A stretch of DNA of 64,000 nucleotides from Felis catus (lineage: Eukaryota), in assembly GCF_018350175.1 (NCBI RefSeq), contig NC_058368.1, positions 54,500,001-54,564,000 of the forward strand, given 5' to 3'. The notes beneath the pieces were generated by a model. That model was not told the DNA's origin. It was given only the letters and a program-made list of their open reading frames with translations, and ran no database searches. Both the position numbers and the translations under genes were made by a program. This document shows positions 37,412-50,750 of this stretch, piece after piece (positions within the stretch are counted from its first letter, which is position 1; each line of letters begins with the position of its first letter).

Positions 37412-38139
37412 GCCCCCAATTTTTATATTATTCTACAGAATATAATGCTTCAAATCTGAGCCTCCTAAGTGAAAATGTGGAACGGAAATTTGTCTGAAAA
37501 ACTGAATATGTGCTATCACTGAGCGCTAAGCGCTCAGTGCCAGTTAGGGGGCACATGGTTCCTGGGGGAGGGCTGGCAGAGAGCCCCGCATCCCACATCC
37601 ACACTGCCCTAGGGCAGAAGAGCTGTGGTCTAGTCACAGCGTGCCCGCCCCCCAAAGGGCTCACCAATTCTCTCTGGAAGGCTCAACTAGCTCATCTATG
37701 AACCTATCTCAATTGCCAAATTCCATGCTAGTATAAACCACCATTAGAGATGAACTAGTGATGTTAAGTAAAGTATTTTGAAACATAAGTAAAACAGTCA
37801 GGAGTGGAAGTTTTGAAACCAAAAATTGAAGCAAGGGACTCATTACTTTATGCTGAGATTTTCAATTTACAAAATTGTTTTTATTAAATTAAATGAATTA
37901 ATGTGAAGGATACTTTAAGACGACCAGGTATGTAGAAAGCCATATCAAGGGAGCTTTTTGTTCTTAACACACACAAGAAAAAACTTATTTTAAAAGATCA
38001 TATATATTTTAGAATTTTCTCAGAGCATTTAATCTATCATCTATATGTGTATATATATATATACACACATAATATGTATATATACATATATATGTATATA
38101 TATGCATATTTTTTCTATTAATACTTGGGAAAATAAAGA

Positions 38140-38382
38140 CTAGTGATTGAGAGGTTAAATCTGGAATCAGAAAATTCTGAGTTAAATCTTGACTCCTCCT
38201 AGTTCCACCACTTAGAGCTATATGAGTTTGGTCAATATTCCCACTTCTTTAATCCTTAGTTTCTCATATATGAAGGAAAGCTAGAAAATAACTAGTAGGG
38301 TAGTTATCAAGATTAAATGAGAATATGTATAAAGAACATAGTAGAGGAACACAGAACATTGTGAATAAAATGTAACTATTAG
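38140..38382 (+). mobile_element. MIR, near full length
   Basis: 'ctggaatcagaaaattctgagttaaatcttgactc..ccttagtttctcatatatgaa..gttatcaagattaaatgagaatatgtataaag'. Confidence 0.8.
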
Positions 38383-39374
38383 TCTGATGAATGATCATTC
38401 GACTGGCATTTAATATTAACACTATTCAAAGGCAGGAGATTTGGAGATTTATTCCCCTCAACATTCTAAACTTAAACAGCATATTGATGAAGAATATGAT
38501 CATCTCTTTTTTATCGATTCAATACCAATCTTTTATATTGTTATGCAAACTTTCATTGACTACTTTTCTAGAGTGTTTTCATCACTTAATGTTCTTGGTA
38601 AAATCTGAAAAAATCCTGAGTAATGTACTAAAGTAGAAGGTGAAGTGTTGTTTTTCAAAAGGGGGGAAAAAGAAAAAAGTCTTTTCCCTTTAGTTCCAGT
38701 ATTATTTTTGTTTGTTTTAATAGGTGAAATGGAAATGTAATTGTGATTAAGTGAAATGAAGATTGATAAAAGGGAACTGAGGTCAAGTTATATTGTAAGG
38801 AAGAAGAGATACAAACATGTTGTTGGATTCTCAACAATGTTTGCTTTAGGTACCTTGTTCCACAAAGTTTTATGTTAAAACACAGGATAACAAGATAAAA
38901 AAGTCACTAGGAATCTCCCAGTTTAAGGAGATGCATTTATAAATAAATAATGAAATAAATTCCTAAATAGGGGACCAGATAATGTCCTGTTGGACTACAG
39001 TGATAGAAACTGTGTATTTTCTTCCAGAAAGTCGAGAGGGGGATGTCACAAAAAAGCTTTTAACGAGCTTTTCAGATGTTACACAGTAGAAAAGAGAAAA
39101 ACATGTACAATTGTATAGTTATATATATGGGCACAGCATCTTGGAGAATGTGGTTGTGAATTAAGAAAGCCTAATATTTTCAATACATCTTCACAGATTA
39201 AAATTGCATTCACATACATTACACTGTTTAATTCTCAATGATCTTTATAAATTACTATATTTTTAGTAGATAATGCAACTCAGACTGAAAGCAGTTCAGT
39301 GACTGATAGAAGCAAATACATCTAACACGGCTTTCTTATTACTCTGAGAAAATATTTTAAAGATATATGGTTTT

Positions 39375-39612
39375 TTGGCTGTGTTTTTTTAGGTTTATTT
39401 ATTTATTTTGAGAGAGAGAGAGAGAGAGAAAGTGAGCACGAGTAGGGGAGGAGAGGGAAAGAGAGAGAGAGAGAGAGAGAGAGACTCCCAAGCAGGATCC
39501 TCACTGTCAGCACAGAGCCTGACACGGGACTTGAAAACAGGAACTGAGAGATCAGGACCTGAGTCAAAATCAAGAGTCTGATGCTTAACCAACTGAGCCA
39601 CCCATGCGCCCC
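39375..39612 (-). mobile_element. Can-SINE
   Basis: 16-bp TSD aaagata(t/c)atggtttt at 39359-39374 and 39613-39628. Confidence 0.96.
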
Positions 39613-40102
39613 AAAGATACATGGTTTTAAGAGTAAAACTGAGAGTAAATTATAGTAAATTTAGACACATTAATATAAAAAGAAAAAAATTACTCAAAGG
39701 AGATGAGAATATGGTTTATGGATTTTAACATAGTCTATGAAATGTGTAACATATGTACAGCTCCTCGAAGCTTTGTAAGTGAGGTCCTAAATATCAAAAA
39801 ATGCATCAAAAGCATTTATTTAAGCTCAGTGTTGTTTAAAATGTTATCATAAATGGCAGAGTGGTTATTTATTCTCTTACTTTTCATCCCATGTTTGGTT
39901 GACTGGATCTTCTCCAAAGAGAACTTAGAGCAGAGGCAGGAGTATTACATTCTAAAATACTGTCAGTGAGATAGAAATCTAATGACTCTGCATAAGAACT
40001 CCTCGTCTTTCCCTTCATTTTGCATGTGAGAGAGAAGATCCAATAATGAGTAGGCAGGTGGAACCATGAATGTTATGCTATATAAGGAAATTCAGAAGTC
40101 AT

Positions 40103-40240
40103 CTCCAGTCCTAGTGCTGCCATGAAAAAGCTCTGTAAACTTGAATAAATTATTTTCTATCTCAACAACACTGTTCTCAACTACAAAATAAAATCATGAA
40201 ACTACATAGGTTTTAAGATCCCTATTACCTTTAACTCTAC
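40103..40240 (+). mobile_element. MIR3-like fragment
   Basis: 'tccagtcctagtgctgccatg..ctctgtaaacttgaataaattattt' and an L3-like 3' end 'actacataggttttaagatccctattacctttaactct'. Confidence 0.55.
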
Positions 40241-42589
40241 CTTTACAGAAAGCTGCAGAGGGCTTTGACATCTATTTAGAAGTAATAGGGTGACTTCTAA
40301 ATATAACTTTTTTAACACCAGAAGAAAATGTTGGAGAGAGGAAGAAAAAAATGTACTAGCAAGTTAACTGAAAAACATTTCCATTGTAAGCAATTTCCAA
40401 GGATGTACTGAAAAGCACATAGGAGTCATTTATTATATTGAACTTTAAAGAAAAAATATTTTATATTTATATTTAAAAAGCTAAGAGTAGATAAAGAAAC
40501 AGAAGCTAGAATAAAAAAGAAATGTCTTTTGGACAGTTAAACCGTTTTATCAAAATCTACTTAAAATTTGAGCAAAATAATTATTAGAAAGAAAATCAGA
40601 AGAGGGTAAAAAGAAATGATGTATTGGTGTCCCAAGGGAGATTGTCGCAAACAGTGTCTTCATCTAGGGTAACAGGGGAAAAACACTTAGGTGATGAAAT
40701 ATGTCTCCAAAACTAATTTTCAGCAAATGCACAAATAATTGACACAGAACTAAAATATTTATATTTAACTCTATTATTTTGGTGATATTGCATATGTAAA
40801 TATGGGACCTGAGTCATCTGATAGTCATAAAACATGTTTCAGTAGTGAAAAAAAAATGATTTGGCTAATAATTTAGACTTCAAAATGTCTACATGGAGCT
40901 AGAAAACAGAATGTTGAACCTGTTTGGGAGGATATGGATGAGTGTTTAGGAGAGGAGAGGGAAAGAAGTCAGGAAGCGACTTACGGAATTGGATCACAAT
41001 TGTCTTTATACTTGTCTGCTTCCTCTACTAAGGTAAACTCTGAGCCCTGGCAGTTTTCAGCCTGATCATTGTTTTCCATTGATCTTAACACCATTTTGCT
41101 ATAAAGTATGCCAAAACAATGAACTAAGGTCTGTGGTAGCATCAATTAAGCTAGTTGGTAGAGAAACAAAATAAAACAAAACAAAAAATACGGTAAAAAT
41201 TAGGTGTGAGAACAGAAGTGAGATGTTCAAGAGCTAGGGTTCTAATAAGAATGGGGTGTTTGTTTTTAAATCCAAGATGTGTCACCTAATCTGTGATTAA
41301 GGACCACTATTTTCATTTTTCTAAGAGTTTCCAAATTTATAAATGGACACAATAATGTCTATCTATAGGGTTGGTGGGAAGTTGAAATGAAGTAATACAA
41401 ATGCTGCTATAGAATAAATTCTCACAAAGTATTAAGTGTTATTTTTGTCAGCTGTAATTTCTACTATAAATGTCACTAGGAACACAAAAAATACTGAAGG
41501 GTTTTCTCCAAAAATTAAGTATATTAAAAATAATATGAAATGTTTTATGTCATGAAAAAATGTGTTTGGGATAACAAAAACCTGTCAATACCCATTTGGA
41601 AAAGCATGATATCTTAGGAATTGTATAACTTCAATACTGTAACAAGACTACTATGTCTATAGTGTCTGACATATAATAAGTATTCAATAAGTATTCTGTC
41701 GCATATGTGATGCCCCTTCAATGCCATCCTAAAGCTCAGAATATCATGGCCCTATATGTTGCAAAGATTTCTATTCTTTTCCTTTTTCTTTACTAGATAA
41801 ACTTCCTATCTTCTATGAGAAGCAGGTTATTTGATGAATATTGGTAAGAAGAAAATATACTAAAAAACCCACAATATTCTCTTTTTTGGTCCATCATGCA
41901 AGTTTCTACAAGGTGCATTTCCCTTTAGGATTATGATAATCCTTCTCTTTGGAATCGAAAGGATAGTTCAAGCTTGCATGTGCATTTTTCCATATGCGTG
42001 TGAGTGTTGTAGGAAGCAAATTCAGTAAGATTATGTAATTTGAAAGAAGAATAGATGCTTTGATTTTTTTTTTCTTTTCTAAGAACCAGGGTGTTGCCTT
42101 TTCTAATACTAGGTTGAGTAATCTTCCTGCAGCTGTATGGGATATACATCATATAATCACAGAGCACATAATGACAATGTGAAAATGTGCTTCCAGCAAG
42201 AACATCAGAGATGGAGCACAAGACATGTTTAACAACAGGTAGAAATTGGCTCTTTGGGGGCATTTATTACACTGAAAGTGTCTAAAACACAATTTATTTG
42301 CTCTATCTCATACAGTAAGTATTCTTTTTTTTTTGAGTCTGTACTATCCTAAACTTTTTGAAAGCATCTATTTTAATGGTTCTTAATATATCTGATGCCT
42401 CCATATGCTTGAGGAATGAATATGTTTCAAAAAAGAATGCCATCTACAACAATAACTCTCAATATCATTGCATGTGTGAACTTAATGCACTTACTACGCA
42501 ATGAAAAAAACTATTCCAGATGAATTTGATTCTTATTCCTAGGAAATCATGACTCCCTCTCACTCACCATTAAATTCACAACTGTTGCT

Positions 42590-43044
42590 TGTGGTGATAT
42601 TGCTAGTTGTTCATTCAACATCTACCCACCTTCCCCTTTCCTCCATATGAACCTCTGCTAAACTACTATATTTTCTAGTTTCTCTTATAAATACAGGTGG
42701 CCAAATCACATAGTTTTGTTGATAACATTTATTGCAGTCTGGTGGATATTTCTGAAAAAAAATGCTGCTTTTTTTTTTAATTTGGCTCTAAACTTCTCTT
42801 GACTGGAATTCAACATTAGTTTGGAATGGAAGTGAATGTCTAATAATTGCGAGGGCAATGTTACATGATGAGGATAACTTTTTGTGAGTCAATAAGTAGT
42901 CTGAGTCATTGAGATTTTCACAAGCAGCCAAATCTGTGTTGGCATGCCTTAACTGATACTTCCTATTATTTTAAGTAAATAAATTGGTTTCTGACTTCAG
43001 CAGAAGGTTTTCTACATCATGCCCATGAAAACACTTCTGGTACA
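42590..43044 (+). mobile_element. MaLR solo LTR (MLT1I/J-like)
   Basis: TG...CA bounded segment of ~455 bp with MLT1-like blocks 'acaggtggccaaatcacatagttttg', 'tttctgaaaaaaaatgctgcttt', 'gactggaatt', 'ctgagtcattgagat' and an aataaa near the 3' end. Confidence 0.6.
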
Positions 43045-43139
43045 TAATTAACTATTGTGTGTTTATAGATGTGGAGACTGAGTTCCAAAGTATTTCATCA
43101 CTTGTATCAAATGGTGTATATACTAATAACTCTTATATT

Positions 43140-43770
43140 TTTATCTCCATCTTGAAACTTTTCATTGAATTCCCAGCTCTCATATCCAACCGCCTACTTG
43201 CCATGGTCATGTGATTGTCTAGGAGCATTACGAAATTAACAAGCCCAACACGAAACCTCATAGTTCTACTTATGCACTAGCAGAAGCTGTTCACCCACTA
43301 CAGTTCCCCATTTCTAGTTACTGACTTGTGCTAGTTACTGATCTGGGCTCTTGTGCATGCCAAAAATGTTGAGATCACTCTTCTTACCTTCACTCAAAAC
43401 TCACATGTATCAACTCACCTGTTCACCTTTCCTATAAAATATATTCTTATACTCTGATACAACCATTTTTCATGACTTCCATTGCCATCACCATAATTCA
43501 ACCCACTGTTACCTCTCTTATGAATTATTAAAAAGTCTCCTAAATGGTATTCTTACTTCCAGCATATCCTTCCAATGTTTGAAACAAGAGGGATAGTACC
43601 ATAGAGTAAATAAGTAATGTCATTTCTCTGCTCACAATCATATTATTCAGAGTAAAAATCAAATTATTTGCAATTACTCACAAAGCCTACAAGGTATTGT
43701 CCTCCTCTTATCTCCGCCACATCATTCCCTAACATTCTTCACCTCTCTCACTCCATTCCTAGGCTGAAAA
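43140..43770 (+). mobile_element. L2 fragment
   Basis: 'catatccaaccgcctacttgccat..gattgtctaggagcattacgaaattaacaagcccaacacgaaacctca' and 'gtcatttctctgctcacaa..cagagtaaaaatcaaatt' match the L2 3' half. Confidence 0.8.
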
Positions 43771-44444
43771 TTTAACTAGGTACTATATAATATGTCAACT
43801 CATGTGATAATAATCAATTGGATTTCCTTTTGTTTTCATCAATCCCAGCTCTGTATCACAAAGCTTGAGACCTTTTTAGCATGTTCACAGAAATTACCTA
43901 TTTGTCTTTGCCCTTAGCGACTTGTCTACATCTGTTTTAGGTTATTTACCACTGGCTATGATCAGTAGCTACCTCATCTTGTGGCTCTCTGATCCCCAAT
44001 ATTCTTTGTAACTTTCTATGGTGGAAGCAACCTGGGTCTCTAGTAAATAACAGAGTATTTATTTCATTATTGCACTTTATGCTGTCACTTTCCATTCTAG
44101 AAAATGAATAAAACATGTTCCTTTCATCCATTCTTGAAGAGATAATTCCAAATACTGTATATTCTCTGAGGATCTGTGGCTAATATTCCATTCTCTCACA
44201 CTCATTTCTGATTCATTTAGGATTCTGTGGTTGCAAGTTTAAGCTGATGCTGACTAACTTCTTGGGAAAAAACAAAAACAAAAAAAAAAGAGATTACCAG
44301 AGGTCTAAAAACCTCAGTCAAAGACCTTAAGAGCAGGTTTGGAAATCAGCAAAAAAAAAAAAAAAAAAAAGGACTAAGTGAAGAGAATTATGGAGTATTC
44401 AGCATGGTTTCATAGTATGAACAATCTTGTTGAGGCTCCATTAT

Positions 44445-44446
44445 GA

Positions 44447-44509
<63 letters not shown>

Positions 44510-44531
44510 GAAGGAAGAAAGAAAGAAAGAA

Positions 44532-44599
<68 letters not shown>

Positions 44600-44645
44600 A
44601 AAAAAGAAAGAAAGAAAGAAAGAGGCAGGAGGGAGGAAGGAAGGA
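44445..44645 (+). repeat. Complex (GAAA)n tetranucleotide STR, ~200 bp polypurine
   Basis: Read directly; source of the KERK and FFLS pseudo-ORFs. Confidence 0.97.
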
Positions 44646-44853
44646 AAATCTTAACATTACTCGAGTCACTTGCTCAAAATTCAAAGATCCAAAAGAATGC
44701 ATTCTGTTGGCTGACCCTAGCTATGGATCAACCTGTGGCTGTGTCCCTAGTGGAAGAAAGCATCTATCTGGCCCTGTGGCATTCATAATAGAGGGATTTA
44801 CCATCCCATCCAAATGGAGGAGACAATTACCAAAGGAAATATGCCTGCTATTT

Positions 44854-45002
44854 GTTTTCAATATATTAAATTTATTGTCAAATTGGTTTCCATACAACAC
44901 CCAGTGCTCATCCCAAAAGGTGCCCTCCTCAATACCCATCACCCACCCTCCCCTCCCTCCCACCCCCCATCAACCCTCAGTTTGTTCTCAGTTTTTAACA
45001 GT
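44854..45002 (-). mobile_element. Young feline L1, 5'-truncated to 149 bp of 3' UTR
   Basis: The reverse strand reads '..aaaaactgagaacaaactgagggttgatggggggtgggaggg..gatgagcactgggtgttgtatggaaaccaatttgacaataaattt..', the cat L1 3' end. Perfect 14-bp TSD tatgcctgctattt at 44840-44853 and 45003-45016. Confidence 0.92.
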
Positions 45003-45114
45003 TATGCCTGCTATTTTAGAGGGGATCAAATGAAATATGGGTGATCTACTATTAAACTTATTATTTTAATCTTGTTAGTTGAGAGTCTCCTCATCAATGT
45101 TATAGCTACTTCTT

Positions 45115-45314
45115 TTTTTTTAATTATTTATTTTGAGAGAGAGAAAAAGAGCATGAGTCAGAGAGGGGAAGAGAGAGAGGGAGAGAGAGAGAGAAATCCA
45201 AAGCAGGCTCCACACTGACAGCATTGAGCCTGACGTGGGGCTCGAACCCACGAACTTTGAGATAATGACCAGAGCTGATGTCGGTCACTCAACTGAGAGC
45301 CACCCAGGAGCCCC
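45115..45314 (-). mobile_element. Can-SINE
   Basis: 19-bp TSD aatgttata(gc/tt)tacttctt at 45096-45114 and 45315-45333. Confidence 0.95.
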
Positions 45315-45801
45315 AATGTTATATTTACTTCTTAATACTTGAAATTTTACCTATGGGAGAATAAACAGATATAAATTTTTTATGGAGACCAAAAGAAGAG
45401 ATGATAAAAACAAAATGTGGTTTAAAAGACCTGCAAGAATTTAAGAAAATCTTTTTTCATAGCAAAGCATACAATGTGAGTAAAATGCCATCTTGAGATG
45501 TGTCAGCATATTATGGTCTGTTATGATTTCCAAGTAGGAAAAGAACTAATGTAAAACAAGTAGCTGATAAAACTGTTCCATATATTAATTAATAGAACTA
45601 TTACTATATATTTTTAGATTTATCGATTTCATTCTGTCATAATTACTTTCACCTTTTCCTTTTTTTTCTTAATCCGTGTAATCTACTTAATCCACATACA
45701 TTTAAAATAAATAAATGAACTTGTTTACTCTTTAAGCTTTGAAAAGCCAATTAAAACCACTCATAGCAAATTTTTAATATTAATTTTGAAGTAAGGATTG
45801 A

Positions 45802-46025
45802 GGGGAGCCTGGTTGGCTCAGTAGGTTGAGCCTCAGACTTCAGCTCAGGTCATGATCTCACGGTTTGTGAGTTTGAGCCCTGCGTCAGGCGCGGTGCTAA
45901 CAGCTCAGAGCCAGGAGCCTGTTTCCGATCCTGTGTCTCCCTCTCTCTCCCATCTCCCACTCATGCTCTGTCTCTCTTCTCTCAAAAATAAACATTAATT
46001 TTTTTTAAAAAGATGCATAAAAAAT
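45802..46025 (+). mobile_element. Can-SINE
   Basis: Head 'ggggagcctggttggctcagtaggttgagc', CT tract and A-rich tail. Confidence 0.94.
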
Positions 46026-46826
46026 AAAGGATTGGACTAACCTAGATAAAAGTATCAAACTAGTAAAAAGAGAAGAGGCATTAAGAGGTTTAAATACGAA
46101 CAGCACTCATAATCATATTTAATTTTGGATGTCGTTACTCTTGAGAAATCTGGGGAGAGATTTCGAAGGACAGTCAAGGTTATGATACCTATAGCCAGAC
46201 CCGTTGAACTTTTCCTTAAAGAACACCCCCACATTAGTAAAGACAAATATCAGGAGTAAAGAATGATGTTATACAAGGAAGCAAAATATTTCTTCTGTTG
46301 TCAAGTTTTACCTAAAGGAACAAGTAGAAAACATTATCTTTTCCAGAAAATATTTGCTAAAATTATAAGATTTTAAACTACCATATTGTTCCTTCTTGTT
46401 CTCTTATGTATTTTTCGCCTTTTCAGACTCACAGATCTTCTTCTCTTAATTTTTCTATAAAAATGTTGTTTATTTTTTATCCTAATTCTATAAGGAAGCA
46501 TAGGATTCCAAAATGAAGCAAAACCAATGATTCTTCATTGTTTCATAAATATAATCATAGAAAACTTATCTACCTTTACAATATAAAGAACTGACACAAG
46601 TTTTTTCACTAACCTAATGTATTTTAATAAATATACTCTTTTTTTTAAAGAGGCTAAATAGCTAAAAATACTTGAAAACATGGGAAATTTGATTCTGATC
46701 ATTATATTCTGTTTAGTAAGTTCAGATAAGGAAGAACCTCAGTTGATAGGTGTATAGTCCATCAAAGTTATCTGTTTAAGGTTAACAAAGGAAAAATAAA
46801 AGTCTATTAAAAAAAGGCAAAATCAG

Positions 46827-47065
46827 GGGGCACCTGGGTGGCTCAGTTGGTTAAGTCTCTGACTCTTGGTTTTGGCTCAAGTCATGATCTCACGGTTTGT
46901 GGAATTGAGCCCCATGTAAGGCTCTGCACTGAGAGCACAGAGGAGCCTGCTTGGGATTCTCTTCCTCCTTCTTTATCTGTCCCTGCCATGCTAGCATGCT
47001 CTCTTGTGCGCTCTCTCTCTGTCTCTTTCTCTCAAAATAAATAAATAAACTGTTAAAAAATAATA
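46827..47065 (+). mobile_element. Can-SINE
   Basis: Head 'ggggcacctgggtggctcagttggttaag'; TSD-like aaaaaaaggcaaaatcagg / aaaaaaaggaaagtcagg. Confidence 0.95.
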
Positions 47066-50000
47066 AAAAAAGGAAAGTCAGGTGGAGGTAAAATTAGACA
47101 GTGTCAGTGAAATTATAGAGGTTTGGTTGTATTCAAATTATTTAACCTCTTGAGTTTTATTTTCCTTATGGACAAAATGGAGTAATTTACTCATCATATG
47201 TTTATGTGGATGTAAGATAAATATATTTAAATATCTGTGATCAATAGAGGAGATGGGTTCCCTACTTCCTTCTAATGTATGTTGTTTTTCCAAAGCTGAA
47301 AAGTCAAAATTACATTGCACAGTCACCCCTGGAATTCTGGATATGATACATATTTGGCTAACTCATGCACCTGATCAATACTGATGGCAGTAAGGCAGAG
47401 GTCGCCTTTCTGCTGCTGGTGAAACGTTGTCTATTCACTACCTTGGATATACTTGAATTTTCTGTGGCATTATAAGCAGAAGTGCAACATAAAGTCACTG
47501 GCTTTCTGTACAAGCAGAAATAGAGCTGGAGCTGGTGACAAAGGTATTTAGAGGTGTGGCATGGTCTGGAGATGGGGACAATAGCTGATCATGGTGACTC
47601 TCAGCTTTGATGGGGTTCTTGTTTCCGGCAAGAACATTATAGCTGCAACAAAACACAGGTGTATACAAAAGGTGCATTCAAAATTTTAAGTGCAACTAAA
47701 AGGCTAAATTCTTCAGTAAATTCTGAATGAACTCATCATGCTTAAAAATCTCCAACTATTCTGTTTCCTTCTATCAAATCAAACATTATATACTAAAATA
47801 TAATTGAAGAGGGGATACAGTACAAATTAATTTTTCTCTGAATATAAAATTGGGCTCTAATCATTATACATTTATAATCTTTTTAGCAAATCCAGATAAA
47901 GAAGTTATCTATACACTATGTGTATAGGCTGTTGAAAGTTCTCTGAAGAATGGTTTTTGCATAGTTGATATAAATATTTAAGTAACATGCTCTGAAACAT
48001 ATATAGAGTGCCATAAATTGTATCAAATCCAAATGCAATGTGGAAATATAACCTTAATAAATTAAATCTGAGAAACTTCTACATTGAAACCAACTATATC
48101 CCTTTTCTCTAAAGAAGTTTATGTTAACTTATGGCTACATGTGTGTAGTCTAAATTTGATTGCTCCCAAGTTATTTGAAAGTCACAAAACAACATTGAAT
48201 GTGCTTAAAAACACATGTTGCTGCTAAAGTCCTTTGAGAAAACAACTATAGTAAGTCACCTTGTGGTCGTCAAGAACCAAGTCAGCTTAAACAGCAATAA
48301 GTAGCATATGTATAATAAAGACAGGAAAACTGAAGGTTTTTGGCTTCTGCCTCCAGCAAAGTAACAGGAAATGAACAGTTCAGGACATATGGGCAGACTA
48401 AATATTCCACTATAATCTTTGCCTAAATCAAGAATTATTGCACAGGATACACTTCATGCTGTTCATTTAAAACAGCCATAATCACCAATATTGCAATGTG
48501 TTGTTTCTGTAAGTGATGTTTTTGTATAAAGTTATTAAAGACAAATGGCTTCTATTGTTTTATATATTTTCAGACTGCTACTCAAGTTTTATACATTCTA
48601 AGATTATTTAAAATAAAGCAGACATACACTATTGGTTTATTAAATTTATATGATGAAAATATAAATTAAAATCTTATAAATTCCCATTAAAGCCTGCATC
48701 CTGATCCACTGATGGAAAATTTTAAATTGAATAGAATCTTGCAGCTTATAATGCCCCTCCCCCTTCACCGAAAACCTCAACATTTTCAAAATAAGGAATT
48801 AGTTAAGAGATCTAAGTAAGGTCAAACTTACTGCGTGTTAATCAGCAATTTTCTTAAGTATGACATAATTATGGGTATTTATCTAGAAATACACACATTT
48901 TCTTTATCTCTCTCTCCTAGCTCCACCTAGTATCTCACATGTAAGTACTTAGGAGATACTTTTGCATAGCAAAACTCTGAGCAACAATGCATAGGCATTT
49001 TTGTTTTACTTTAACCTCTATAGTCATAACTTGTGAACTCAAAGCTAAGTAATGAGAGAGAAAATCTTACACATTTGAAACCTGAATGGATTTCCTGTCT
49101 TATCCAAGGGCTAGTGCTGGTCTTCCCTTCATCCCCACTTGGACCAGTAGGGTGGACAAGAACTCTGTCTTGTTTTTGCATCTTCTGCCCTGAACCAGAG
49201 CAAGGATAATCAAGGGAAAGACATGAGAGTCCATGTGAGGTATTTAGAAAGGGTTTGGGAGAATGCTGGAGAAAAGCCAAGTTCTTGCTGGACAGTTTAG
49301 GTACAATATGGAAGGTTCTGAATGGACAAAAAGAAGGCAACTAACAGGCTTCTGAGTTCATCAACACTGGATGAGAAAAGATGGTCTACAGTCTTTGTTC
49401 TGCTTCTTTCAGACTTCCTTGTTCTGGATGGGCAGAGAAGGTGCTCAGCAGTTCTTAATTCCGACCCCTCTACTTTCTCCAGGACTCACTGGGGCCAGAC
49501 ATTTAATTTGATGACCTTTGGACACCTTTGAAAGGTCTCCTCTGGGTGACTTTCACCTCTTCACCCCAAGGAGCAGATATAGATGATTTTGCTCTCCCAG
49601 TTCTCTTTTTAGGCTATTATAAAACTCTATTCCCAGCTTTCCTCCAGCATTTCCCTTTTGATTCTAAAATGCATAACTATGAAATATAAAGGCATTTGTT
49701 TATTTGTTTGTTTGTGGAACTTTTTTTCATGCCTATGCTAATCTTACTGATTTTTCTTCAGATAGTGTTGATGGGGCTGAATGACTATAAAAGCAAAAAC
49801 AAAAAACAAACAAGAAACAAAGCATAGTGATTAATATTTCAAAACACATTTTTCTGCCTGTGTAAGTAGAAAGTTTCTTTTTGCCAGCCTAAAGCCACTG
49901 ACGATTATAAAATTCCCACTTCAGCCACAGAAGGCATTAACTTTTATTTATAGACATTCTACAGCAGCGAATTTGGTGGAAGTCATCAACAGGATGTTCA

Positions 50001-50574
50001 TCGTGAAGAAGATGGCATCTTCATGTTTTCACAGATTTATGAGTCAGCTCATAGAAATAGAAATAGCCTGAGGTCTTGGAACGCATTTTTAGGAAACTGT
50101 GACTCTAATCACTATGTTTACAGTGATTTCTGACAAAGAGATTAAAACTTTTTCGTGACTGTTGCACCAATATAGACAGGAGCAGTGTTAAGCTTGACAA
50201 GGGTTGGCATGAGTAATGGAAATAGAGCAGAAGACAATGCAGAAATAATTAGTCTCTGTGAAAGATGTAGATGAATATCAAAACCCGCACATAACCATTC
50301 TTCCCTGAACAATTCACCAATATCCTCCTGAGGCAAATGTCAGGATCATGCTGCATCTGCCTACTTTCTTATCTTCCCACCTGTCAGTTGTTAGAGCCTC
50401 TCCCAAGCACTAATTCATCCAGTCCTTATAACAGTATTCTGCATTATGTAAAATTTCCTAGATGTTTGAGATTCTGGTAACACAAGGATCTGTGCCACAC
50501 GATGCCTGAACCTGATGTGAGAGTTGCTTCCAACAATAATAGTAGACATATATCGACCACATACCACAAACTCT

Positions 50575-50750
50575 TACAAGCACTTTGCAGGCATTATTTT
50601 TATTTAATCCTTTGAGTAATCTAAAGAGACAGTCACTGCTATCTGCTGAAGGAAAGTGAAGCTAAGAATGGGTCAGTTATTTCCTAAAGTCACATACTCA
50701 TGCCTAAGGTAGTGTAAGACAGAGGTAGTCTGCCTCCAGGACACTTACTG
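50575..50750 (-). mobile_element. MIR
   Basis: 'cactttgcaggcattatttttatttaatcc..gaaggaaagtgaagctaagaatgggtcagttatttcctaaagtcacatac'. Confidence 0.75.

Noticed and set aside
40273..40303. 11-bp inverted repeat tatttagaagt / acttctaaata with a 9-nt loop
   Set aside because: AT-rich arms with a free loop length are plausible by chance in 64 kb.
44388..45033. Longest ORF in the track (196 aa, KERK-rich) and its overlapping ORFs
   Set aside because: They are translations of the (GAAA)n STR running into an antisense L1 3' UTR, not a gene.
49141..49158. CTCF-like 'ccagtagggtggac'
   Set aside because: Mismatches in the key GGC core positions.
49960..50133. Open frames SEFGGSHQQDVHREEDGIF.. and AANLVEVINRMFIVKK.. 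with a small gaagatg-g-catcttc palindrome
   Set aside because: No protein similarity that I recognise, weak splice signals, and lengths within chance expectation.
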